NCBI RefSeq assembly: GCF_000195955.2
Contig: NC_000962.3
Coordinates: 2,910,001 to 2,942,000 of the forward strand
Reading direction: 5' to 3'
Origin: Mycobacterium tuberculosis H37Rv
Lineage (GTDB): Bacteria > Actinomycetota > Actinomycetes > Mycobacteriales > Mycobacteriaceae
DNA: 32,000 nucleotides
This document shows positions 1 through 10,800 of the stretch, piece after piece (the stretch's first letter is position 1; every line of letters starts with the position of its first letter). Under the pieces are notes generated by a model. That model saw only the letters and a program-made list of their open reading frames with translations, was not told where the DNA came from and made no database searches. A program made the position numbers and the translations under genes.

Positions 1-198
1 CGGCTCGAGCACCGGATTGGTGGTGCTGCGCTGGGCGGTCATCCGCCGGGCCAATCGGGCCCGCACCCGACGCGACGCGCTGATGCTGGTCTTAAGAGTC
101 TCGACCGGCGACTCGGGCGTCTCGAGAGCGGGCTCGAGAGCCGCAGAAGCCTCCGTGGGCGGTGCAACCGCTTGCGCCGTGAGCTGGTCCTCGGCCAC
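1..198 (-). CDS. relA: RelA, bifunctional (p)ppGpp synthetase/hydrolase; N-terminal 66 codons only, gene continues past the window start
   Basis: The minus-strand frame is open to the window edge. From the GTG at 196-198 the reverse complement reads MAEDQLTAQAVAPPTEASAALEPALETPESPVETLKTSISASRRVRARLARRMTAQRSTTNPVLEP, which I recognise as the N-terminal tail of mycobacterial RelA. It lies directly downstream of apt, the conserved apt-relA arrangement. No catalytic domain is in the window, so the call rests on recall and synteny. Confidence 0.8.
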   Translation of the reverse strand, partial: MAEDQLTAQAVAPPTEASAALEPALETPESPVETLKTSISASRRVRARLARRMTAQRSTTNPVLEP

Positions 199-228
199 GT
201 TCGTCACCTCCGACCTAGAGGATATCCC

Positions 229-900
229 TCACAGGCGGCTCAGGCTGTGCACCGGCAGCGGTGCGAGCGCCGCGCGACCGCTCAACCCCGCAAGTTCCAC
301 CACTACGGCCGCCCCGGCCACGTTGGCGCCACCGCGCTCAAGCAGGCGTCGCGTCGCGCCGATGGTGCCGCCGGTTGCTAACACGTCGTCAATGATCACG
401 ACACGGCGGCCCGCAACCTCGATGCCCTCAGCGAGAATCTCCAGAGTGGCGGCGCCGTACGCCCTGTAGTACTCCTCGCTGAGCACCGGCCGGGGCAGCT
501 TGCCGCCCTTGCGAACGGCCAGCACACCCACTTCGAGCCGGGTGGCGACCGCGGCTGCCACCAGAAACCCGCGGGCGTCGACGCCGGCCACCAGGTCAGC
601 TCCGGACGCCCGATCGGCCAGCGCTTCGGTTACCGCGGCCAATCCTCTTCGGTCGGCGAATAGCGGGGTGAGGTCCTTGAACTCGACGCCGGGAACCGGA
701 AAGTCGGCCACATCCCGGGTCAGCGACGCAACCACGTCGGCCACAGATATGGCTGAGCTCCGGCGGGACTCACCGAGCGCCAATACCCGCCCGTCGTCGA
801 CCCAACGCTGCCGGCGGCGCTTCCCCCGTGCCTTTAAGGAGAGCCCCGTCGCGATCACGTTCAACACGTAGTCACCAGCCCATGTACCGCCATGGCACAC
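229..900 (-). CDS. apt: Adenine phosphoribosyltransferase
   Basis: 223-aa ORF with the PRPP-binding motif [13 protein letters not shown] and the type I PRTase core ([23 protein letters not shown]). The GTG at 900 gives an N-terminus about 40 aa longer than typical ~180-aa APRTs. An in-frame TTG at 783 would give 184 aa, so the start is uncertain. Confidence 0.9.
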
Positions 901-1003
901 ATCCTCTCCCAGACAGCCCGGAGCACCTGCGACACTACGCTCCGATAGGTCCGCTTCTCGTCGTGGAATTCTGTCAATTACCTGCAGATGGCACTGGCCA
1001 TCG

Positions 1004-2677
1004 TCACCGCGCCAGCGCCCAGCGATCCATGTTCCACCCTGCCCCCCATCGCGTCGGATTCCTGCTCACCGCATACATTTTCGTCGACATCAACAACGTG
1101 CGCTGCTGCCGGTACAACGGCAAGGTTGGCATCTCATCCCAGAGCACCGGCGCGGCCTCGGCAAGCAACCTGGCCCGCTCGGCGGGGTCGGCCGACACCG
1201 CGAGCGCGCTGATGATGCCGTCGATCTGAGCGTTTGCGTACCCCGATAGATTGTTTCCGTTGCCGCTGTGCAAGTCATAGGCATCCATCGCACACGATCC
1301 GCTCGATCCGCTGCCGGTGGCCCCACCGGTGCTCGCCAACAATACGTCAATCTTTCCGTCCCGCAGCGCTTGCGGTCCGGGTGTGTCCACCGTCACATCC
1401 GAAACGGTGATCCCGGCCGGGGCGCAGGCGTCGGCAATGGTTCCGATGGTGGCCGCCAACCGAGCGTTGGGCCTGCCGTAGCCGATCCGCACGGTCAGCG
1501 GCGTACCACCCAGCGCGTCGCGAGCGGCGGCGGGGTCCACCCGGCCGAACTGACGTGCTTCGGCGGCGCCGTCGGCATCGGTGAGGGCATCGTCGGTCGC
1601 CGGGGACAGCCGCGAGTTGGCAATCGGAACCCCGGCATCCCGAGCGATCGCGTCCCGGGGTACACACAACGCGAGCGCGCGGCGGGTGCGGCTTTGCGCG
1701 AGTGAACCTTGTGGTGCGAAGATCAGCTGCTCGATCCCGGCCGACGGGTAGTCGGTGCGCTGGTAGCTGTCGGGGGTTACCAGGGATCCCGATGAACCGG
1801 CCGCGACGTCGACCACGTCGACGCTGCGGTTGTTGACCCGGTCTTGGATATCGGCTCCCTGCGGCCAGACGGTGATCCGCTTCGTGATCGCCTTGGTGCC
1901 CCACCAACGATCATTGGCGACGAGCACCACGGCGCCATCGTCCAGGACGGATTCGATCTTGTACGGTCCCGACGAGGGGAAGCGGCTGCGGACTTCGTCG
2001 TGGCTGCGGCCCGGCTTGAGGTCCCACGTGGAATTCCACAGTCGCGCAATCTGTTCCACCGCTGACACGTTGTTGCTTAGCAACGCCGCGGTAACATCGA
2101 TGTGCAGCTGGTCGGCGATCACGTGCGACGGCATCAGCGACGTCGCGGTGAACAGCTGGGAGTGGTCAACGACACTGCGATCCGGGATGAACGACACCCG
2201 GGCCTTTTTCTGCCCCGCCGTGCACTCGATGTTGGCGATGTCGACATAGCCGGCCTGCGTAGCAGCGTCGAAGCCGGGAAAGCGGCCGGATTGTGCCGCC
2301 CAGGCCAATACCAGGTCGTCACAGGTCACCGGCCTGCCGTCGGAATAGACGGCGTCGTCGGAGATCTGGTAGTCGAGGATCAACGGCGACCCCTCCACCA
2401 CCGAGACCGTTCCGAAGTCGCGGTCAGCCACCACTTGGCCGTCGGGGCCGTGATAGCCAAACCCGGTGAGAGTCCGGGCGAATGCCTGCGCCCCGGCCGA
2501 CGCGGCACCGATGACGGTATTGGTGTTGTAGGTGACCAGCGCGCCGTCGACCACGTAGTCGATCTGAGCCGCGGCGCTGCCCGAACACGCGGTCAGCGTG
2601 GTTGCGGCGACCAACGTCGCGGTACCAACGACTCGCAGGCCGGCGATGCGCGTATGACGCCGGCGGCGGGGGGCCAC
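1004..2677 (-). CDS. Secreted lipoprotein, periplasmic solute-binding protein family 5 (DppA/OppA-like); Rv2585c equivalent
   Basis: 557-aa ORF with a GTG start. The N-terminus [34 protein letters not shown] has an Arg-rich n-region, a hydrophobic core and an LTAC lipobox. Length and overall composition fit peptide/nickel-type substrate-binding proteins. No cognate permease or ATPase genes are nearby. Confidence 0.88.
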   Translation of the reverse strand: MAPRRRRHTRIAGLRVVGTATLVAATTLTACSGSAAAQIDYVVDGALVTYNTNTVIGAASAGAQAFARTLTGFGYHGPDGQVVADRDFGTVSVVEGSPLILDYQISDDAVYSDGRPVTCDDLVLAWAAQSGRFPGFDAATQAGYVDIANIECTAGQKKARVSFIPDRSVVDHSQLFTATSLMPSHVIADQLHIDVTAALLSNNVSAVEQIARLWNSTWDLKPGRSHDEVRSRFPSSGPYKIESVLDDGAVVLVANDRWWGTKAITKRITVWPQGADIQDRVNNRSVDVVDVAAGSSGSLVTPDSYQRTDYPSAGIEQLIFAPQGSLAQSRTRRALALCVPRDAIARDAGVPIANSRLSPATDDALTDADGAAEARQFGRVDPAAARDALGGTPLTVRIGYGRPNARLAATIGTIADACAPAGITVSDVTVDTPGPQALRDGKIDVLLASTGGATGSGSSGSCAMDAYDLHSGNGNNLSGYANAQIDGIISALAVSADPAERARLLAEAAPVLWDEMPTLPLYRQQRTLLMSTKMYAVSRNPTRWGAGWNMDRWALAR

Positions 2678-2682
2678 CGCGC

Positions 2683-4011
2683 CTACCGCCGACCGGCGTT
2701 CCGCTTGCCGGTCGGACGCCTGGTACCGACGGGACGCACTGGGCGCGCCCCCGGCGCCGGCTTGCTGGAGCCCTGGGCCGCCCGCGGGGCGGATTGGCTG
2801 CTGGCCTGCGTGATCCCCACCAGCGACTGTTCATCAGCGGCTGCCGGCTGCTCGCCGCCATCCGTGCTGGCGTCCTCTGATCCCGCCGGCGAGCCGGAGT
2901 TACGCCGTTTGAGCACCCGACGGGTGTGGTTGCGCACCAACTCCGTGCGCTCACGGAGGGTAACCAACAGCGGCGTGGCGAAGAAGATTGACGAGTAGGT
3001 GCCGATGATGATGCCGATCAGCTGCACCAGCGCCAGGTCTTTGAGAGTGCCGACGCCCAGCAGCCAGACCGCCACCACCATCAGCGCCAACACCGGCAAC
3101 ACGCCGATCAGGCTGGTGTTGATCGACCGCATGAACGTCTGGTTGATCGCCAGGTTGGCCTGCTCGGCGAAGGTGCGCCGGGTGGTGTGCTGGAAGCCAT
3201 GGGTGTTCTCCTCGACCTTGTCGAACACGATGACGGTGTCATAGAGCGAGAACCCGAGAATGGTCAGCAGGCCGATGACCGTGGCCGGGGTGACTTCGAA
3301 ACCCACCAGGGAATACACGCCGGCGGTGACGGTCAGGTCGAAGAGCATGGCCGTTATCGCCGAGATGGTCATGTAGCGCTCGTAGCGCACGGTAATGTAG
3401 AGGGCGACCAGCACCAGAAACACCACCAGCGCGATCACCGCCTTCTTGGTGATCTGACCGCCCCAGGTCTCCGACACCGCCGAGTCGCTGATGGCCTGCT
3501 TGCTGGGCTGACCGTCGGTTCCCTTGGGCCCGAAGGCCTCGAATAGGGCGTCCCGCAGCTTGGCCGTCTGGTCGCTGGTCAGCGTCTCCGAACGAATCTG
3601 CACCGTCGCCGAAGCACCGGCCCCGACGATCACCACCGACTGGGGCTCACTGCCGAGGGCCCGGTAGTAGACGTCTTCGACCTGCGCGACTTGGGTGCTG
3701 CCACGCGGGAACGACACCGTGGTACCGCCTTTGAAATCGATGCCGAAGGTGAACCCACGAAAGACGATGCTGGCGATGGCCACCGCGACGATCGCACCGC
3801 TCACGCCAAACCACAACCGGCGGCGTCCCACTACCTCAAACGCCCCGGTGCCGGTGTACAGGCGCGAAAGGAAGCTATGGTGCCCCAGCTTCGAGGCGGT
3901 GTCTGTGGTGCTGTCGCCGTCGGTCCGCGCCACAGCACTCTCGGTGGCCTCGGTGAGTTCGACCGCCGACGTGGCTTCGTCGTCGCGGCCGGTCTTTGCT
4001 TTCGACGCCAT
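2683..4011 (-). CDS. secF: Protein-export membrane protein SecF
   Basis: 442-aa ORF with an ATG start 3 nt after the secD stop. It has the GIDFKGGT motif and a C-terminal six-helix RND-like membrane domain. There are low-complexity N- and C-terminal extensions. Confidence 0.95.
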   Translation of the reverse strand: MASKAKTGRDDEATSAVELTEATESAVARTDGDSTTDTASKLGHHSFLSRLYTGTGAFEVVGRRRLWFGVSGAIVAVAIASIVFRGFTFGIDFKGGTTVSFPRGSTQVAQVEDVYYRALGSEPQSVVIVGAGASATVQIRSETLTSDQTAKLRDALFEAFGPKGTDGQPSKQAISDSAVSETWGGQITKKAVIALVVFLVLVALYITVRYERYMTISAITAMLFDLTVTAGVYSLVGFEVTPATVIGLLTILGFSLYDTVIVFDKVEENTHGFQHTTRRTFAEQANLAINQTFMRSINTSLIGVLPVLALMVVAVWLLGVGTLKDLALVQLIGIIIGTYSSIFFATPLLVTLRERTELVRNHTRRVLKRRNSGSPAGSEDASTDGGEQPAAADEQSLVGITQASSQSAPRAAQGSSKPAPGARPVRPVGTRRPTGKRNAGRR

Positions 4012-4014
4012 CGG

Positions 4015-5736
4015 CTATCCCCGTCCCGTCCGAGCCATGGCCCGGCGTTCGCGTGCGACCTGCTGCACCGCTCCCAGGCCGTTGTATGCCGGCTTGGCCA
4101 GCAGCGACGATTTGGACGCCAGATACACCAACGGCCACGTCACCAAGAACACCACGACGAGGTCCAGGATCGTGGTGAGGCCCAGGGTGAACGCGAACCC
4201 CTTCACCTGACCGATCGCCAGAAAGTACAGCACGGCAGCGGCCAGGAAAGTGACGGCGTTGCCCGACACGATCGTCTTGCGGGCACGCGCCCAACCGCGC
4301 GGCACTGCCGACCGGAACGAACGGCCTTCGCGGATCTCGTCTTTGATGCGTTCGAAGAACACCACGAACGAGTCGGCGGTGGTCCCGATACCGATGATCA
4401 GGCCCGCAATACCAGCCAGATCTAGGGTGTAGTTGATATATCGGCCCAAGAGCACCAGGATCGCAAAAACCATTGAGCCAGAAGCCACTAGCGACAAGGC
4501 CGTGAGCAGTCCCAGCACTCGGTAGTAGAGCAGCGAATACACCAGCACCAACAGCAGGCCGATCGCACCCGCGATCATGCCCGCGCGCAGCGATGACAAC
4601 CCCAAGGTCGCCGAAACCGTTTGGGCTTCCGACGGTTCGAAGGACAGCGGCAGCGACCCGTACTTGAGGACGTTGGCGAGCTGGCGTGCGGTCGCCGCGG
4701 TGAATGGCGGATCCCCACCGCTGATCTGGGTTCGGCCGCCGGGGATCGCTTCCTGGATCTGCGGTGCACTGACAACCTGCGAGTCCAGGGTGAACGCCGT
4801 CTGGGTGCCGATATGGGCGGCGGTGTAGTCGGCCCAGATGTTGGCCGCCGGACCCTTGAACTGCAGGTCGACGACGTAGCCGATGCCGCGCTGGTCCATA
4901 CCCGAGGTGGCGTTTTGGATCTGGTCGCCGCTGATGATCGACGGCGCCAGCAGGTACGCGGTCTTGTGGTCGGTCGAGCAGGTCACCAACGGCAGTTTCG
5001 GGTCGTCGTTGCCGGCCAAAATGTCGTCGCTCTCGCAGCGGGTCGCCTGGAATTGCAGTGCAACCATCTGCATGTATTGGTTGGTGCTCTGCCGCAGCTT
5101 CTTCTCCTGGGCGATGCGCTCGGCGAGATCCTTGCGCGGATCCGTGGCCGGCGCCTCAGCGGGCGGCGCCGGCGGCGGGCTGGCCGGTGAGGTCGGGTTG
5201 GGCGATGGCGCCGGGTCCTGCGGATAGGGCCGCGGTTGGGCCCCAGGTTGCGGTGAAGCCGGCGCCCCCGATTGGGCTGGCGGCGGTGCGGCGGGTTGAC
5301 CGGGCGGCTGCGGTTCGGCGCTGGGTGCCGGCTGCGGTTCTTCGGCTGCGGGCTGCGCCGGCATCGAGTTGAGCACCGGCCGGATGTACAGCCGAGCGGT
5401 CTGTCCGAGGTTGCGTGCCTCGCTGCCGTCGTTGCCGGGCACCGTGATGACCAGGTTGTCACCGTCGACGACCACCTCCGACCCGGACACTCCCAGCCCG
5501 TTGACCCGCGCGCTGATGATTTGCTGCGCCTGTGCCAGCGCTTCCCGGCTCGGGGCCGAGCCGTCCGGTGTGCGCGCGGTCAGCGTGACCCTGGTGCCGC
5601 CCTGCAGGTCAATGCCGAGTTTGGGGGCGGTGTGCTTGTCCCCGGTGAAAAACACCAGCAAATAGATGCCGATCAGCATCACCAGGAACACCGACAGGTA
5701 ACGGGCAGGGTGCACCGGCGCCGAAGACGATGCCAC
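4015..5736 (-). CDS. secD: Protein-export membrane protein SecD
   Basis: 573-aa ORF with a GTG start preceded by AAGGA. It has the LGIDLQGG motif, a large periplasmic domain and a C-terminal multi-helix membrane domain. It follows yajC in the canonical yajC-secD-secF order. Confidence 0.95.
   Translation of the reverse strand: MASSSAPVHPARYLSVFLVMLIGIYLLVFFTGDKHTAPKLGIDLQGGTRVTLTARTPDGSAPSREALAQAQQIISARVNGLGVSGSEVVVDGDNLVITVPGNDGSEARNLGQTARLYIRPVLNSMPAQPAAEEPQPAPSAEPQPPGQPAAPPPAQSGAPASPQPGAQPRPYPQDPAPSPNPTSPASPPPAPPAEAPATDPRKDLAERIAQEKKLRQSTNQYMQMVALQFQATRCESDDILAGNDDPKLPLVTCSTDHKTAYLLAPSIISGDQIQNATSGMDQRGIGYVVDLQFKGPAANIWADYTAAHIGTQTAFTLDSQVVSAPQIQEAIPGGRTQISGGDPPFTAATARQLANVLKYGSLPLSFEPSEAQTVSATLGLSSLRAGMIAGAIGLLLVLVYSLLYYRVLGLLTALSLVASGSMVFAILVLLGRYINYTLDLAGIAGLIIGIGTTADSFVVFFERIKDEIREGRSFRSAVPRGWARARKTIVSGNAVTFLAAAVLYFLAIGQVKGFAFTLGLTTILDLVVVFLVTWPLVYLASKSSLLAKPAYNGLGAVQQVARERRAMARTGRG
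5137..5361 (-). other. Proline-rich low-complexity insert (about aa 126-200) inside the SecD periplasmic domain
   Basis: The translation reads [75 protein letters not shown]. It lies in frame between conserved SecD segments. Confidence 0.85.
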
Positions 5737-5845
5737 GTTCCTTGTATCTCCTCGAGAATCAGTTTTCTACCCCCGACAGAGCCTACGTGTCGCGCCGGGG
5801 CGCGTCGCGCAAGCGGCTCGTCGGTTCCGGTCGGCCGGTTGCCGG

Positions 5846-6193
5846 TCAGGAATCGTTGGTCACCCGGCGCTCGCCGGCCACGTCGTCAACATCCTTGTCA
5901 AGGTCCTCGTTGAGCTCCTCGTCGATGTCGTCGTCCGGCAGAATTCGGTCACGAATCGCCAACTTCATCCACGTGGTGACCACCCCGGGCGCGATCTCGA
6001 GGTCGATGGTGTCGTCGGCAATGGCGACGATGGTGGCTTCCAGCCCAGAAGTCGTGTGTACCCGCTCCCCGGGCTGCAACGAGTCGTGCAGATCGATGGT
6101 GGCTTGCATGGCCCGTCGCTGGCGGCGCGACGCGAAGTACATGAACCCACCCATGATGAGCAGGAACGGCAAGAACAAAACGAAACTCTCCAT
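5846..6193 (-). CDS. yajC: Preprotein translocase subunit YajC
   Basis: Small single-TM protein MESFVLFLPFLLIMGGFMYFASRRQRRAMQ... with an acidic C-terminal tail, located upstream of secDF. I placed the start at the ATG (6191-6193), one codon inside the TTG that opens the listed ORF. Confidence 0.9.
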   Translation of the reverse strand: MESFVLFLPFLLIMGGFMYFASRRQRRAMQATIDLHDSLQPGERVHTTSGLEATIVAIADDTIDLEIAPGVVTTWMKLAIRDRILPDDDIDEELNEDLDKDVDDVAGERRVTNDS

Positions 6194-6359
6194 CAACCCG
6201 TCTTTCGTATTGGTATTGCGATCACGGTGCCAGGCCTACCCGCGGGCCGCGCACCTGGTAACAGTCCAGTGTGCCCGTCCAGTCTGGCAGGCCGGAAACA
6301 TCGGTCAGCAGATAGGCTTTACCAGCGATGTGAACCGGCGAGCCGGGTGAGGAGGATCT

Positions 6360-7709
6360 GTGGCCAGCCTGCAGCAGAGTCGGCGCCTGGTCACCGAAAT
6401 CCCCGGTCCCGCATCGCAGGCACTGACTCACCGCCGGGCGGCGGCGGTGTCCAGCGGTGTTGGGGTCACCCTGCCGGTGTTCGTAGCCCGCGCCGGCGGC
6501 GGCATCGTGGAAGACGTGGACGGTAACCGGCTCATCGACCTGGGTTCGGGCATCGCAGTGACGACGATCGGCAACTCGTCGCCACGCGTGGTGGATGCGG
6601 TGCGCACGCAGGTGGCCGAATTTACCCACACCTGCTTCATGGTGACGCCATACGAGGGGTACGTGGCCGTCGCCGAGCAACTCAACCGGATTACCCCAGG
6701 TTCGGGCCCCAAGCGCTCGGTGTTGTTCAATTCCGGCGCCGAGGCAGTCGAGAACGCCGTCAAGATCGCACGCTCCTACACCGGCAAGCCCGCGGTGGTG
6801 GCGTTCGACCACGCCTACCACGGTCGCACCAACCTAACGATGGCGCTGACCGCCAAGTCGATGCCCTACAAGAGCGGCTTCGGTCCGTTCGCGCCGGAGA
6901 TCTACCGAGCGCCATTGTCTTACCCCTATCGGGACGGCCTCCTCGATAAGCAACTGGCTACCAATGGTGAGCTAGCCGCGGCCCGAGCCATCGGCGTCAT
7001 CGACAAGCAGGTAGGCGCGAACAACCTGGCCGCCCTCGTCATCGAACCGATCCAGGGCGAAGGCGGTTTCATCGTTCCGGCCGAAGGGTTCCTACCTGCC
7101 CTCCTCGATTGGTGCCGCAAGAACCATGTGGTGTTCATCGCCGACGAGGTGCAAACCGGCTTTGCCCGTACCGGGGCGATGTTCGCCTGCGAGCACGAGG
7201 GCCCCGACGGTCTAGAGCCCGACCTGATCTGCACGGCCAAAGGCATCGCCGATGGATTGCCGCTGTCGGCGGTCACCGGCCGCGCCGAGATCATGAACGC
7301 CCCGCACGTGGGCGGCCTGGGCGGCACGTTCGGCGGCAACCCGGTGGCCTGTGCGGCCGCGCTGGCCACCATCGCAACCATCGAAAGCGACGGGCTGATC
7401 GAGCGGGCCCGCCAGATCGAACGCCTGGTGACCGACCGGTTGACGACGCTGCAGGCCGTCGACGACCGGATCGGCGACGTGCGTGGTCGCGGCGCCATGA
7501 TCGCCGTAGAGCTGGTCAAATCCGGAACCACCGAGCCCGACGCCGGGCTGACCGAGCGGCTGGCGACCGCGGCCCACGCCGCCGGCGTCATCATTTTGAC
7601 CTGCGGCATGTTCGGCAACATCATCCGGCTACTGCCGCCGCTGACCATCGGCGACGAGCTGCTGAGTGAGGGGCTGGACATCGTGTGCGCGATCTTGGCC
7701 GACCTCTGA
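6360..7709 (+). CDS. gabT: 4-aminobutyrate aminotransferase (class III PLP-dependent aminotransferase)
   Basis: 449-aa ORF with a GTG start preceded by GAGGAGG 6 nt upstream. It carries class III aminotransferase signatures (FIADEVQTGFARTG, and a putative PLP lysine in CTAKGIADGLP). Confidence 0.95.
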   Translation: MASLQQSRRLVTEIPGPASQALTHRRAAAVSSGVGVTLPVFVARAGGGIVEDVDGNRLIDLGSGIAVTTIGNSSPRVVDAVRTQVAEFTHTCFMVTPYEGYVAVAEQLNRITPGSGPKRSVLFNSGAEAVENAVKIARSYTGKPAVVAFDHAYHGRTNLTMALTAKSMPYKSGFGPFAPEIYRAPLSYPYRDGLLDKQLATNGELAAARAIGVIDKQVGANNLAALVIEPIQGEGGFIVPAEGFLPALLDWCRKNHVVFIADEVQTGFARTGAMFACEHEGPDGLEPDLICTAKGIADGLPLSAVTGRAEIMNAPHVGGLGGTFGGNPVACAAALATIATIESDGLIERARQIERLVTDRLTTLQAVDDRIGDVRGRGAMIAVELVKSGTTEPDAGLTERLATAAHAAGVIILTCGMFGNIIRLLPPLTIGDELLSEGLDIVCAILADL

Positions 7710-7770
7710 CGGCCTGCCGGCCCCGACTGCGTCATCCCGTGCCGCATCTCACAGCCGATCAGCAGCAGGC

Positions 7771-7812
7771 TTGCATTGTGTAATATATTTACTTTAGCTA
7801 ACGTTCTATTGG
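7771..7812 (+). promoter_or_regulatory. AT-rich putative promoter/operator patch upstream of fadD9
   Basis: The stretch ttgcattgtgtaatatatttactttagctaacgttctattgg is locally AT-rich in a ~65% GC context. It contains a TTGCAT -35-like hexamer, several TANNNT -10 candidates (taatat, tatatt, tacttt, taacgt) and a 9/10 palindrome, taatatattt. I cannot choose a unique -10/-35 pair by eye. Confidence 0.3.
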
Positions 7813-7870
7813 TCGGGCGCAGCGCCGCGCCGTCGATTTCCCACCCTTTCCGGCACGCCGAGGTGACCGC

Positions 7871-10800
7871 ATGTCGATCAACGATCAGCGACTGACACGC
7901 CGCGTCGAGGACCTATACGCCAGCGACGCCCAGTTCGCCGCCGCCAGTCCCAACGAGGCGATCACCCAGGCGATCGACCAGCCCGGGGTCGCGCTTCCAC
8001 AGCTCATCCGTATGGTCATGGAGGGCTACGCCGATCGGCCGGCACTCGGCCAGCGTGCGCTCCGCTTCGTCACCGACCCCGACAGCGGCCGCACCATGGT
8101 CGAGCTACTGCCGCGGTTCGAGACCATCACCTACCGCGAACTGTGGGCCCGCGCCGGCACATTGGCCACCGCGTTGAGCGCTGAGCCCGCGATCCGGCCG
8201 GGCGACCGGGTTTGCGTGCTGGGCTTCAACAGCGTCGACTACACAACCATCGACATCGCGCTGATCCGGTTGGGCGCCGTGTCGGTTCCACTGCAGACCA
8301 GTGCGCCGGTCACCGGGTTGCGCCCGATCGTCACCGAGACCGAGCCGACGATGATCGCCACCAGCATCGACAATCTTGGCGACGCCGTCGAAGTGCTGGC
8401 CGGTCACGCCCCGGCCCGGCTGGTCGTATTCGATTACCACGGCAAGGTTGACACCCACCGCGAGGCCGTCGAAGCCGCCCGAGCTCGGTTGGCCGGCTCG
8501 GTGACCATCGACACACTTGCCGAACTGATCGAACGCGGCAGGGCGCTGCCGGCCACACCCATTGCCGACAGCGCCGACGACGCGCTGGCGCTGCTGATTT
8601 ACACCTCGGGTAGTACCGGCGCACCCAAAGGCGCCATGTATCGCGAGAGCCAGGTGATGAGCTTCTGGCGCAAGTCGAGTGGCTGGTTCGAGCCGAGCGG
8701 TTACCCCTCGATCACGCTGAACTTCATGCCGATGAGCCACGTCGGGGGCCGTCAGGTGCTCTACGGGACGCTTTCCAACGGCGGTACCGCCTACTTCGTC
8801 GCCAAGAGCGACCTGTCGACGCTGTTCGAGGACCTCGCCCTGGTGCGGCCCACAGAATTGTGCTTCGTGCCGCGCATCTGGGACATGGTGTTCGCAGAGT
8901 TCCACAGCGAGGTCGACCGCCGCTTGGTGGACGGCGCCGATCGAGCGGCGCTGGAAGCGCAGGTGAAGGCCGAGCTGCGGGAGAACGTGCTCGGCGGACG
9001 GTTTGTCATGGCGCTGACCGGTTCCGCGCCGATCTCCGCTGAGATGACGGCGTGGGTCGAGTCCCTGCTGGCCGACGTGCATTTGGTGGAGGGTTACGGC
9101 TCCACCGAGGCCGGGATGGTCCTGAACGACGGCATGGTGCGGCGCCCCGCGGTGATCGACTACAAGCTGGTCGACGTGCCCGAGCTGGGCTACTTCGGCA
9201 CCGATCAGCCCTACCCCCGGGGCGAGCTGCTGGTCAAGACGCAAACCATGTTCCCCGGCTACTACCAGCGCCCGGATGTCACCGCCGAGGTGTTCGACCC
9301 CGACGGCTTCTACCGGACCGGGGACATCATGGCCAAAGTAGGCCCCGACCAGTTCGTCTACCTCGACCGCCGCAACAACGTGCTAAAGCTCTCCCAGGGC
9401 GAGTTCATCGCCGTGTCGAAGCTCGAGGCGGTGTTCGGCGACAGCCCGCTGGTCCGACAGATCTTCATCTACGGCAACAGTGCCCGGGCCTACCCGCTGG
9501 CGGTGGTTGTCCCGTCCGGGGACGCGCTTTCTCGCCATGGCATCGAGAATCTCAAGCCCGTGATCAGCGAGTCCCTGCAGGAGGTAGCGAGGGCGGCCGG
9601 CCTGCAATCCTACGAGATTCCACGCGACTTCATCATCGAAACCACGCCGTTCACCCTGGAGAACGGCCTGCTCACCGGCATCCGCAAGCTGGCACGCCCG
9701 CAGTTGAAGAAGTTCTATGGCGAACGTCTCGAGCGGCTCTATACCGAGCTGGCCGATAGCCAATCCAACGAGCTGCGCGAGCTGCGGCAAAGCGGTCCCG
9801 ATGCGCCGGTGCTTCCGACGCTGTGCCGTGCCGCGGCTGCGTTGCTGGGCTCTACCGCTGCGGATGTGCGGCCGGACGCGCACTTCGCCGACCTGGGTGG
9901 TGACTCGCTCTCGGCGCTGTCGTTGGCCAACCTGCTGCACGAGATCTTCGGCGTCGACGTGCCGGTGGGTGTCATTGTCAGCCCGGCAAGCGACCTGCGG
10001 GCCCTGGCCGACCACATCGAAGCAGCGCGCACCGGCGTCAGGCGACCCAGCTTCGCCTCGATACACGGTCGCTCCGCGACGGAAGTGCACGCCAGCGACC
10101 TCACGCTGGACAAGTTCATCGACGCTGCCACCCTGGCCGCAGCCCCGAACCTGCCGGCACCGAGCGCCCAAGTGCGCACCGTACTGCTGACCGGCGCCAC
10201 CGGCTTTTTGGGTCGCTACCTGGCGCTGGAATGGCTCGACCGCATGGACCTGGTCAACGGCAAGCTGATCTGCCTGGTCCGCGCCAGATCCGACGAGGAA
10301 GCACAAGCCCGGCTGGACGCGACGTTCGATAGCGGCGACCCGTATTTGGTGCGGCACTACCGCGAATTGGGCGCCGGCCGCCTCGAGGTGCTCGCCGGCG
10401 ACAAGGGCGAGGCCGACCTGGGCCTGGACCGGGTCACCTGGCAGCGGCTAGCCGACACGGTGGACCTGATCGTGGACCCCGCGGCCCTGGTCAACCACGT
10501 GCTGCCGTATAGCCAGCTGTTCGGCCCAAACGCGGCGGGCACCGCCGAGTTGCTTCGGCTGGCGCTGACCGGCAAGCGCAAGCCATACATCTACACCTCG
10601 ACGATCGCCGTGGGCGAGCAGATCCCGCCGGAGGCGTTCACCGAGGACGCCGACATCCGGGCCATCAGCCCGACCCGCAGGATCGACGACAGCTACGCCA
10701 ACGGCTACGCGAACAGCAAGTGGGCCGGCGAGGTGCTGCTGCGCGAAGCTCACGAGCAGTGCGGCCTGCCGGTGACGGTCTTCCGCTGCGACATGATCCT

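Noticed and set aside
5778-5800. GC-rich palindrome CGCGCC-gg-GGCGCG between yajC and secD
   Set aside because: The loop is too short for a stable hairpin as drawn, and there is no U-tract. yajC-secD-secF is expected to be co-transcribed, so I did not call it a terminator.
8105-10357. Minus-strand ORFs of 379 aa (8105-9244) and 324 aa (9383-10357) inside fadD9
   Set aside because: They are antisense shadows of a gene with clear adenylation, carrier and reductase motifs. Their composition is low-complexity and Arg/Gly/Gln-rich.
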